Origin: Halobacteriovoraceae bacterium
Lineage (GTDB): Bacteria > Bdellovibrionota > Bacteriovoracia > Bacteriovoracales > Bacteriovoracaceae
NCBI GenBank assembly: GCA_963719505.1
Contig: CAVRCF010000005.1
Span: forward strand, 640,001 to 704,000
DNA length: 64,000 nt
Direction of reading: 5' to 3'
Positions 8,360 to 17,004 of this stretch are shown here, one piece after another. A program made the position numbers and the translations under genes. The number at the start of each line of letters is the position of its first letter. The stretch's first letter is position 1. The notes under the pieces were generated by a model. It was not told the origin of the DNA and did no database searches. It was given only the letters and a program-made list of their open reading frames with translations.

Positions 8360-10627
8360 GTGAGATATAACTTCTTAATAACTATTCTCTTAATTGGGTC
8401 CACGGCGACCAACTCTTATGCTCAAAGCTGTAAGGAGTTAGTGGATAGTGTTTTTGCAATTGAGACGAAGCTTAAAACAACGACTCTTCCAGCTTGTTCA
8501 ACAAAAGCGAATATAACTGAAGATTGCTGCTCAAAAGGTGATCCTGACTCTTGTTTAAACTTAAACCAAATTGAACTTGATTATAATAAAGCGCTAGCTG
8601 AAGTAAATATTTACGAAAGTCTATTGGCCATTGGCCAAAGCGCAGTTAACGATCACAGAACCATAAAAAGTCTCTCTCAAAAAGAGCTCGCAAGTGCTAA
8701 AGAGTTGATCGAAAAGTTTGATAAAAGCATTAAAAAACGTGATCTTGTTAATTCTGCTTTAGAAATTGATAAGGTTACATCTAAAGATGCAAAAACTCTT
8801 TGGCATGGGTATACGGCAGACAACAAAAGTGATCTCCTGGCAAACCTTACTGACAAATGTAAAACAGCGGCACTCTACCAGCCAAAAGCAGATGAGAAGA
8901 AACCTTATCGAGACTTTTGCGGGCGTCTTCCAAAACTGGAAGAAGATGAAGTCGACACTCTTTATAACTTTTACCTCTCACAACAGAGTATTGAGTCAGA
9001 GGATACTTTAAATAAAATTGGTGATATTGTCCCCCGTTTTGAAGAATACAGTAAGTATTTAGCGATCAAAGTAGACGATAAAATTGTGTCGGGGTCATTT
9101 GAAGGTACAAAGCACTATAAAGAATATATTGAACTAAAAGATTTACTTAAATCTGACAAACAACCTACTGAAGCCGAGGCGATAAAAATTTTATCCAAGG
9201 CTTCTTCACTTTCCAAAGTCTCTATCGACATGGATGATATAAAGTTTTCAGACCAAGACAGCTTTGCTGGGCGCTTCCAAAAAGATGTCGTCAGTGAACT
9301 AAAAACAAATATTCTTCAGACTGAAAGCTCTACAAGTATTCTCACCAATCAGAGTCAAATTTTAAAAAATATTAAAAACGCAGATCAGTCAATGGATTTA
9401 GAGCTTAGAGCGAAAGAGGATGTTGTAAGACAGATGCTTACAGAAAGCGACCGCTTAAGTAACGCTTGTCCAAAAAGCAAAAGCCTCCATGACTGTGCTT
9501 TAACGATTTGTGGAGAAAACTATAATCAAGAAAAAGTATCATGTTCAAATTCTTCCTTTCAAAACATTGGATCTGTTGCGATTGCGAGTCAGATTTCAAA
9601 AGTTGAACAAAGTAGAAAATTAAAAGCTGCCCATAAAAAAATAACTGATTGCGTGAGTAAACGCATTCCACAAGAAAGAGATAAGTGTATAAAAGAAGCT
9701 GATCAGTCGGACCTGAAGCTCACGTCTAACAATCTGTCGGATGCAAAACAGAGACTAGAAAAAGCAAATAATTTATTAAGTTTATACTTGAAAAAAGAAC
9801 CTTTTAATAAGCTTACTGGTTTAAAGAACTTAAATTTAGCCGCGCTTGATGAAAAAGGCTGTATTGGCGAAAAAGACAAAGAACAAAGTGAAAAGATTGA
9901 AAGCTACTGTAAAACGCCTCTGCTAGATGGACATATTACAAATGTTTTAAACCTTGAGTCCTCCGCATCCAAAATCACGTTAAAAATGAAATTTGATTTA
10001 GAGAAAGGTTATTACAAAAAACAATTTGGAGATCACAATTTTGGCTCAAATTTAAATTACGCTAATGAAGTGTGCAAAAAGCAATTCAATGAAAAACTTG
10101 CTGTGTGTGACTATATGCAGGCGGCCAATGAGACAAGAAAACAAAAACTTGTTGAAGCTCAAAATGCAGAAAAACTTAAAGTTCAAAAACAAATAACTCG
10201 AGAGGAAAATTTCTACGCCGGTTGGCAAGAAGAAAACGAGGGACCGACAGCTTTTGAATCGGGACTCACCGGTCTCGCAACTGGTGCAGCACAGGGTATG
10301 CCTCAAATTTTTGGAATGATTCAACAAAAAAGACAACACGACAGACAGATGGATTATTATCAAAGTCTCTATAATTACAGACAAAGAACATACGACTCAA
10401 ACTATACAAATTACCAACCTCAGTATTACTGGAATAACTTTCAAGATCCAATGACTTTTAATGCTGCTCCTACGGCCATGATTGATATGAGTGGTTTTAA
10501 CTACAACTTTCAAACAATTCCAAGTAGTCTATCCAATAACAATGCACAGTCCCCTGTATTCACCTCACCGGCCCCTGCAAGTATTCCAGGAACGGGATCT
10601 AATCTAGGATTTGACTTCGGCAACTAG
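8360..10627 (+). CDS. Large secreted Cys-containing helical hypothetical protein (755 aa) with a Gly-rich hydrophobic segment and Y/Q/N-rich tail
   Basis: GTG start after AAGGAG, signal peptide ending SYA, paired Cys and coiled-coil-like segments. No family recognised. Confidence 0.8.
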   Translation: MRYNFLITILLIGSTATNSYAQSCKELVDSVFAIETKLKTTTLPACSTKANITEDCCSKGDPDSCLNLNQIELDYNKALAEVNIYESLLAIGQSAVNDHRTIKSLSQKELASAKELIEKFDKSIKKRDLVNSALEIDKVTSKDAKTLWHGYTADNKSDLLANLTDKCKTAALYQPKADEKKPYRDFCGRLPKLEEDEVDTLYNFYLSQQSIESEDTLNKIGDIVPRFEEYSKYLAIKVDDKIVSGSFEGTKHYKEYIELKDLLKSDKQPTEAEAIKILSKASSLSKVSIDMDDIKFSDQDSFAGRFQKDVVSELKTNILQTESSTSILTNQSQILKNIKNADQSMDLELRAKEDVVRQMLTESDRLSNACPKSKSLHDCALTICGENYNQEKVSCSNSSFQNIGSVAIASQISKVEQSRKLKAAHKKITDCVSKRIPQERDKCIKEADQSDLKLTSNNLSDAKQRLEKANNLLSLYLKKEPFNKLTGLKNLNLAALDEKGCIGEKDKEQSEKIESYCKTPLLDGHITNVLNLESSASKITLKMKFDLEKGYYKKQFGDHNFGSNLNYANEVCKKQFNEKLAVCDYMQAANETRKQKLVEAQNAEKLKVQKQITREENFYAGWQEENEGPTAFESGLTGLATGAAQGMPQIFGMIQQKRQHDRQMDYYQSLYNYRQRTYDSNYTNYQPQYYWNNFQDPMTFNAAPTAMIDMSGFNYNFQTIPSSLSNNNAQSPVFTSPAPASIPGTGSNLGFDFGN

Positions 10628-10779
10628 ATAGCCAGAAAAAGTTGCTATTTCCCAAACCGACCAAAGTCTATTACTCAAGTACGCCATACACAAATTCAAA
10701 GACTTAGACAGTAAAACTCCTCTATTGGATAATAAAAACCAGCATTTTCTGCAGTCCCTTAAAATATTATTTAAGTTAT

Positions 10780-10806
10780 TAAAATAAGGTCTAAATTGAC
10801 CGAAAA
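10780..10806 (+). promoter_or_regulatory. sigma28-type promoter of the giant lipoprotein gene
   Basis: TAAA-N15-ACCGAAAA, 43 bp upstream of the start. Confidence 0.55.
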
Positions 10807-10849
10807 GTAAGATAGCGGGAAATGAGTCCTGCTAACTATTGGATCGATT

Positions 10850-13800
10850 TTGAAAAACTGGATTGTCTTTTCACTCTTTCTTTTATTCACCGTTACTGGG
10901 TGTATTCCAGGAACGACGACTCCTGCCAAAAGAGAAGCGGCTGGTGATAATATTTCAGACTCTCCTTTTGGTGACGATTCTGAACAGACGACTGTTACGG
11001 AAACCGCATATTGGTTTGATGGTGGAATTAAAAAGCAGACACTAACACTCGATATAACAAATTTAAAAACGACTTTTATCTTTGGTGATGATGTCAGCCT
11101 TCTTCTGTCTGAAAACAATAATAGCTCTAGAAATTACTGCGTCTATGTTGATTTTCAAGCTGGCTTTGGAACCTCTCCAAAACAGCTGAGAATGAGAGCA
11201 ATCCCCTCTTTTACATACGATCCTATCGCTGGCAAAATTAAACGCTATTATCGGATTCTCTCAAATGTCGAATCAGGTAATGAAATCTGTAATGTGGCAA
11301 CGGTTAATTCTTATTCAGGAGCCGGAGTTCCAAACTTTACGGCACCAATTCTAAGTCAGATTTCAAATAGCGTGACAAGCGTTTGTACCAATTGCCTTAA
11401 TATCATTTCATCAACGCAAGTTAGACTCTACGAGCAAAGAGATGGCGCAAATCATATCGTCACAAACGAAACCGTTGCGATGAATAAATTAAATTTCAAA
11501 ATAGATATCAATTCAAATACTGGAAATGAAACACCAAACTGTTCAACACTAAACTGTCAAAACCAAGGTTTTGATTGTTGTGTTAACGGACAATGTGTAA
11601 AAGATGCGAGAGCTAAATTTTCAAGAAGTGAATTAGCAACTCAATTTCCTCAAAGTAACGATGGAGACTCCATTAGTGATGCTCTTCAAGAATTTGATCT
11701 AGCGGAGCTTCTCAAAGGCAGTGACCCTAACTGGTATAGAGACTACCCTCAGTACTATTTTATTTGTCTAGAAAATATTCCAGGTGACGGCGGAAGTGGA
11801 AACGGAGACACCGGTGGTGGCGAGATAGACGAAGCACAAGCCAGACTCAATAGAAATATTCAAGACTACTATTGTATTGAAGAGCTGAAAGAAAATACTG
11901 AAATTGATCCTTTTCACACAGACCCAATAAGCTCAACAGGAACATATACAGTTTGTTCTCTTTCATCAACACCTGGTCAAACACCAAGCACCTATTTTAG
12001 AGATGTCATGACAAGACTCTATGAAAACTGTGGGTGTTCTGAGACTAGTTTCTCAAATATGGTTGCCAACTGTCCAAAGTATACTTATAAGGCAAACTCT
12101 GAAAATCCAAGTCTGACTTTTTCATTGTCGGATATCACAAATTATATGGTGACCAATAGTTTGAGTGACCTCAATGGAGTTACTAACCTTGGAGAGCTTA
12201 CAAAAATAAATTCAATCGAATGTGTCGCTCCACAGGTTGATCCAAATGATCTTCCCTTCCAAGACCTCGATGTTTTAGTACCTTCACGATCCGTTGCTCA
12301 CAGATTTTTTGATCAAAATTCAGATTCAAACGGTAACGATATTGAAATCACTGATGTTGCAAACCTTCCGGTTGGAGCAAGCGGGGTTCAAGAAGGCGCG
12401 GAATTTAGATACTTAGATAATGAGAGACTTTTTCCTGATAATAAAGAGTTTAATATGAACTCTCTACTGGGACAGATGAATGTCAATCTAACCGGAGCAG
12501 TCCCTGCAAAGATAGTTAATGTTGAATTTGATAAGCAATATTATATCGCCACGATTGATGGCTTCTATACCCCTTGTCCGACGTGTGCGAAAGACTCTTG
12601 GTTTCCAAGTTTCTCACCAAATCCAAACACAAACTATGGCGTTGGTCTCACAAGTATTGGTCACACAACCAAAAGAGATGCATGGGGATCAAATTCAACT
12701 TTTGGAAACTACGAAGATACAATCTTTGGTAGAGCATGTTGGCTTCCTCCAACGATGCTTCCATTTTCTCACCTATCACTGAGTTCAAAAAAATCTCAAA
12801 GACTAAACCGACTTAAAACACAAGCCGCTATGTATGTTAATGGCTATCAAAGAGATTGGTTTGGATTTAATAAAGGTGCTCTCATTGGATCCTTTGACGG
12901 TGTCAGCTGGTTTGCTATCGGTAAAGGAAGAGTGGCAAAGTCCACAACAAATAAGCTCTACTTAGCTATTAACGCACCTTTTGGTGACCTAACCTCTCCA
13001 AACGATCACCTAGTTTCAGTTCAAGAGTGGGACTTTATCACAACTGGTGCTCAGTATGATTACAATATCGATTTAAGTATTAATCACCCAAGACAAAATG
13101 AAGCCGGTCAATGTCAAAGAAGTCACCGCTGTGAGACTGATTCAGACTGTATTACTCAGCTGGGCTGGGAATATGCATGTGCCGATATCAATTCGATCAA
13201 AACATCATGGCCTAAATTCTCAGTAGAAGGTGCCAACGAAATTGCCAATGATCCAAGATCTGGCACTATCTTAAGCCTTCTCAACCAACAAGTTCTTCCA
13301 CCGGGCACAAGTTCTAGAAAATGTGTCTACCGAGGAGCGGGTTCTCCTTGTCGAACTGACTATGAGAATATTGCTGATGAAAACTTACGTAAAACACTTA
13401 CCTGTGCACCAAATTTTTACTGTGCAGATCTTGATACAAATGCGGTCTTTAATAATGAAATTGCAAGATATGGTCAACCTCTAGAGAACCTTGCTTTGCC
13501 GGCGAATCACCTTTTTGGTCAAGAAGCAAATATTCTAGGACGCCCTAAACAATATATGGCCAATGGAGTGAGTGCACTCTTTTCTTTGCCTACGGATGTT
13601 AAAACCACAATTACTGACAACTTAGAAGTCACTAACCCAGGCATTGGAACAAACGCTGGGATTTGTCGCCCGGGTAAAAAACTTCCAAAAAGAAACCTCG
13701 CTGGAATCAATGGCACACAAGACTGGAAACCGGCAGATCAACACACAACTTTTGATCCCGACTATAGAACAGACTACATCTCTCAAATTGCGGGATGTAA

Positions 13801-16486
13801 TAGTGCTTTCTTTAGCTCGATGAAAACGACAAGCTGTCCAGTCCTTGGATCAGATGGAAATTACGAATTTACAAAAGATAGCTTTATCAATACATCTGAT
13901 CTCTTTAAGGCAACTGAACTAAGCCGCTTAGCAAATAGTCAAAACTCTTGTGGTTTAGAGTCTATTAATCCAGCGGCTATTATAAACTCTTCGACAACCG
14001 CTTCTGACCTTCGAGATGATTCAGCTTTTAAACTCATCGAAGGAAGACCACTCAGTAGCTCTAGCGTAAACTTTGAGCCAACCCTCACCAGAGATGCCTG
14101 TTTTAGAAGAGCCGGTTCAGTTTGTCACACAGATCTAGACTGTTCTCCAAACTATAAACACGCTGAGCTTGTTGATATTATCAACCCAGCTTTCTTTGGT
14201 AATGAAGCTGAGAAAAAGTATTGGACTGAAAGTTTAGTTTGTGGGCAAGGCGCTGATGAACCTAGAAATGTGAATGATCCAACATTTAACACTTATAATA
14301 TTAGACGAAACCTTTGTTGTAGAGAAGTTGGAAAAGATATAACAATCTACACAGAAAAAACTCCTGGTGTTGCAGGAATTCCAAATTTTACGGAAACTCT
14401 AAACTCACGAAAACTTGCAAGTACCTTCCCTAACGATCCGGATAGATACTCTCGTTTTAGCGTCCTAGACGAAGGTGTCGATCCAGTTACAGGTGAAGCT
14501 CTTTTTACTCCGCCAAACGCATCAACTGAAAAAGATAGTAATGATGAATTAGTTGAAGTTAATAATATCCTTCAAGGTAAACAGTGGAAAGTTATCAATG
14601 AGACGGCAACGAGAACTTGTTGTGGTGGTGGCTGGATTAGAAAGTTCGCTGACGGGACAAATAACTGGCAAATTAACCGCCTCAATCTTGATGTTAATGA
14701 CTTTAAATGTTTAAACTTTAGAACTCCTCTTGTTAACACAGAAAATCCAGAATTTTTTGGATTAACACCTGGGCAAAATAGTCAAGACTCTCAAAATACA
14801 TGTCTTGATCCTGGCCTTGCTGGAGCTGGTTGTTCCCAATATGTGGGCTCTCAGGCAATGGGTGCTCTACAAAATCAAATTATAAAACCAAGACTTATAA
14901 AACCAAGGCCGAATCGTCAAAGTGGAAGAATGAAACTCCACTCTGATCCACTTGAGATGGTTGATAACGATAGTTGGAGTAATTTTCTTTGGTCATTCAA
15001 TGAAATGTCCTCTGCTGACACTAACCCTCTGACTTACCTGGATTGGAATCTGCCAAGAGACGAGGTTACTAGGAGAAACATCTCTGTTAGCCTCCCGTCT
15101 TTCATAACATGGCCAGGTGACTATGATTTATTAGGTGAAAACTTATCAGACGGCTTTATCACTCCTTCAACAATAACTACGGGTGTAACTGTCAGATTAG
15201 AAAGCCGAAATAGCGCAGGATCAATCGATGGAAACTACTACAATCAATGTGCCGAATTACCTATTCAAGGAACTGGTCCTGGGACAGATTGTTCAAGTGG
15301 TACAGGTTGGTACGGTATATGCTCACCGGATCTTCCTGACGTAACAACTTCTGCCTTTAATAATGCTTGTGCAGCAGCGGTGTCCGTACAAGGAACTGAT
15401 CCGTGCTGTTACATGTATGATAAATTCTCTAGGATTTTAAAAGTCGCTTACACGTTTGGTGTAACCAATCAAGATCAGTCATATGGTAAACATAAAAAAG
15501 ACTTTATTATCGAGTTTATAGCTCCTGGAACAGAGCTTTGGGAGTCTGTCACGGTGGACTCTTCAGTCCTTGCTAGTGACTCTGTCTCAGATGCTGCTTT
15601 TCCTGCACAAGGCTCAGTTGCAGATCACAGAAGATCCTCGCTACCTGGGAATGCGACTTATTATCTTGATAAGCTTTCGAAACTTGAACTCATAGGTATT
15701 CCTCAAATTAATTATGAGCCTTTATATTGTAATGATAATTATCAAAAGCTTGTACCTGGAATCTTTAAGGAAGCCACTACTGGTGGGCCATTAACTAATA
15801 TCAACGAATTTAACCAACACCCCGATACTTTTATAAGTAATGAGTTGGAGTACGGAAATGATAAGGCTCCATTTGGTGTATTCTTAGCTGGAGATTCGGT
15901 CATGGACTATACCAATATCAATCAGCCTTATGTTACAACCTCTCAACTGCTTGATCACGAACCAGTGTTCTCAGCTGATGAGTTCATGTGCTGTAAGCCT
16001 CTAGGGACTCAAATTGATCTCAACGTTGAGGACGGAACGGCTTGTTGCTCTGGATTTGCAGCATCTGGACAAAATAGCTCAAGTGGTGGGCTTGGAAAAT
16101 GTATGCTCGCCCCTGGAACTGACCTTCATGTCTATTTTAATAAGTTTGTATCGGGAGAAGGTATGAGTGAGGAGATCGAAAATCCTCTGACAGAGAGTGA
16201 TTTTGACGAACTTACCGGAACACCTAAACTTGAACCAACAATCATTAATAAAATGCAGGATATCGCTCGAGAGTACTGTACAAGTGGTTCGTTTACCCAA
16301 GGTGCAGCTTATGGACCATTTAACGCCGAACCAATCGGAGGCCTAGGTCAACAACAAGGATCAGGGTCGGAGTTTAGCTTTATCGACTCGATAAATGATA
16401 GCGGAACAAACAATCAAGATCCGGCTGGGTATAATCCATTCTCGGCTGGTTATAGATGGAATAATCATATATACTGCCTCGATTAA
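10850..16486 (+). CDS. Giant (1878 aa) Cys-rich lipoprotein, function unknown
   Basis: Uninterrupted 5.6-kb ORF with TTG start, lipobox-like VTG-C after a hydrophobic stretch, and recurring CxTDxDC and CC motifs. Confidence 0.85.
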   Translation: MKNWIVFSLFLLFTVTGCIPGTTTPAKREAAGDNISDSPFGDDSEQTTVTETAYWFDGGIKKQTLTLDITNLKTTFIFGDDVSLLLSENNNSSRNYCVYVDFQAGFGTSPKQLRMRAIPSFTYDPIAGKIKRYYRILSNVESGNEICNVATVNSYSGAGVPNFTAPILSQISNSVTSVCTNCLNIISSTQVRLYEQRDGANHIVTNETVAMNKLNFKIDINSNTGNETPNCSTLNCQNQGFDCCVNGQCVKDARAKFSRSELATQFPQSNDGDSISDALQEFDLAELLKGSDPNWYRDYPQYYFICLENIPGDGGSGNGDTGGGEIDEAQARLNRNIQDYYCIEELKENTEIDPFHTDPISSTGTYTVCSLSSTPGQTPSTYFRDVMTRLYENCGCSETSFSNMVANCPKYTYKANSENPSLTFSLSDITNYMVTNSLSDLNGVTNLGELTKINSIECVAPQVDPNDLPFQDLDVLVPSRSVAHRFFDQNSDSNGNDIEITDVANLPVGASGVQEGAEFRYLDNERLFPDNKEFNMNSLLGQMNVNLTGAVPAKIVNVEFDKQYYIATIDGFYTPCPTCAKDSWFPSFSPNPNTNYGVGLTSIGHTTKRDAWGSNSTFGNYEDTIFGRACWLPPTMLPFSHLSLSSKKSQRLNRLKTQAAMYVNGYQRDWFGFNKGALIGSFDGVSWFAIGKGRVAKSTTNKLYLAINAPFGDLTSPNDHLVSVQEWDFITTGAQYDYNIDLSINHPRQNEAGQCQRSHRCETDSDCITQLGWEYACADINSIKTSWPKFSVEGANEIANDPRSGTILSLLNQQVLPPGTSSRKCVYRGAGSPCRTDYENIADENLRKTLTCAPNFYCADLDTNAVFNNEIARYGQPLENLALPANHLFGQEANILGRPKQYMANGVSALFSLPTDVKTTITDNLEVTNPGIGTNAGICRPGKKLPKRNLAGINGTQDWKPADQHTTFDPDYRTDYISQIAGCNSAFFSSMKTTSCPVLGSDGNYEFTKDSFINTSDLFKATELSRLANSQNSCGLESINPAAIINSSTTASDLRDDSAFKLIEGRPLSSSSVNFEPTLTRDACFRRAGSVCHTDLDCSPNYKHAELVDIINPAFFGNEAEKKYWTESLVCGQGADEPRNVNDPTFNTYNIRRNLCCREVGKDITIYTEKTPGVAGIPNFTETLNSRKLASTFPNDPDRYSRFSVLDEGVDPVTGEALFTPPNASTEKDSNDELVEVNNILQGKQWKVINETATRTCCGGGWIRKFADGTNNWQINRLNLDVNDFKCLNFRTPLVNTENPEFFGLTPGQNSQDSQNTCLDPGLAGAGCSQYVGSQAMGALQNQIIKPRLIKPRPNRQSGRMKLHSDPLEMVDNDSWSNFLWSFNEMSSADTNPLTYLDWNLPRDEVTRRNISVSLPSFITWPGDYDLLGENLSDGFITPSTITTGVTVRLESRNSAGSIDGNYYNQCAELPIQGTGPGTDCSSGTGWYGICSPDLPDVTTSAFNNACAAAVSVQGTDPCCYMYDKFSRILKVAYTFGVTNQDQSYGKHKKDFIIEFIAPGTELWESVTVDSSVLASDSVSDAAFPAQGSVADHRRSSLPGNATYYLDKLSKLELIGIPQINYEPLYCNDNYQKLVPGIFKEATTGGPLTNINEFNQHPDTFISNELEYGNDKAPFGVFLAGDSVMDYTNINQPYVTTSQLLDHEPVFSADEFMCCKPLGTQIDLNVEDGTACCSGFAASGQNSSSGGLGKCMLAPGTDLHVYFNKFVSGEGMSEEIENPLTESDFDELTGTPKLEPTIINKMQDIAREYCTSGSFTQGAAYGPFNAEPIGGLGQQQGSGSEFSFIDSINDSGTNNQDPAGYNPFSAGYRWNNHIYCLD

Positions 16487-16498
16487 AAGGAAAATAAG

Positions 16499-16981
16499 TT
16501 GAAAGATTCAAAGTCCCCCAGCGAAAGTGAAATTCAAATGCGCCAAATGGTTATGCCTGGCGATACAAATATCCATGGAACTATTTTTGGTGGAAAGATA
16601 ATGTCTTGGATTGATATCGCCGGTGCAATGGTTGCTACCAAGCACTGCGAGAACCCTGTTGTCACTGCAAACATATCAGACATAGACTTTTTTTCACCTA
16701 TTAAGGTTGGATACCATGTCATCATTAAAGCATCAATTAATTACGCTGGTAAAAGCTCAATGGTCATAGGTGTAAAAGTTGAAAGTGAAAATCCCTACAC
16801 GGGTAAAGTCAGAAAAACAACTAAAGCCTATCTCACCTTTGTGGCATTAGATGAGTATGGAAAGCCCGTCGCAGTTCCTAAAGTCTCCCCTCAAACGGAT
16901 ACGGAAAAAAGAAGATACGAAAATGCTAAAAAAAGGAAAGAGGCTAAAATCAGTCTTAATAAAACTCTAGCAAATGATTAG
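16499..16981 (+). CDS. Acyl-CoA thioesterase (hotdog fold, YciA-like)
   Basis: PGDTNIHGTIFGGKIMSWID, VVTA, GKSSM and YLTFVALD motifs. Confidence 0.92.
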   Translation: MKDSKSPSESEIQMRQMVMPGDTNIHGTIFGGKIMSWIDIAGAMVATKHCENPVVTANISDIDFFSPIKVGYHVIIKASINYAGKSSMVIGVKVESENPYTGKVRKTTKAYLTFVALDEYGKPVAVPKVSPQTDTEKRRYENAKKRKEAKISLNKTLAND

Positions 16982-17004
16982 ATAATGGGAAGTTTTAACT
17001 TCCC

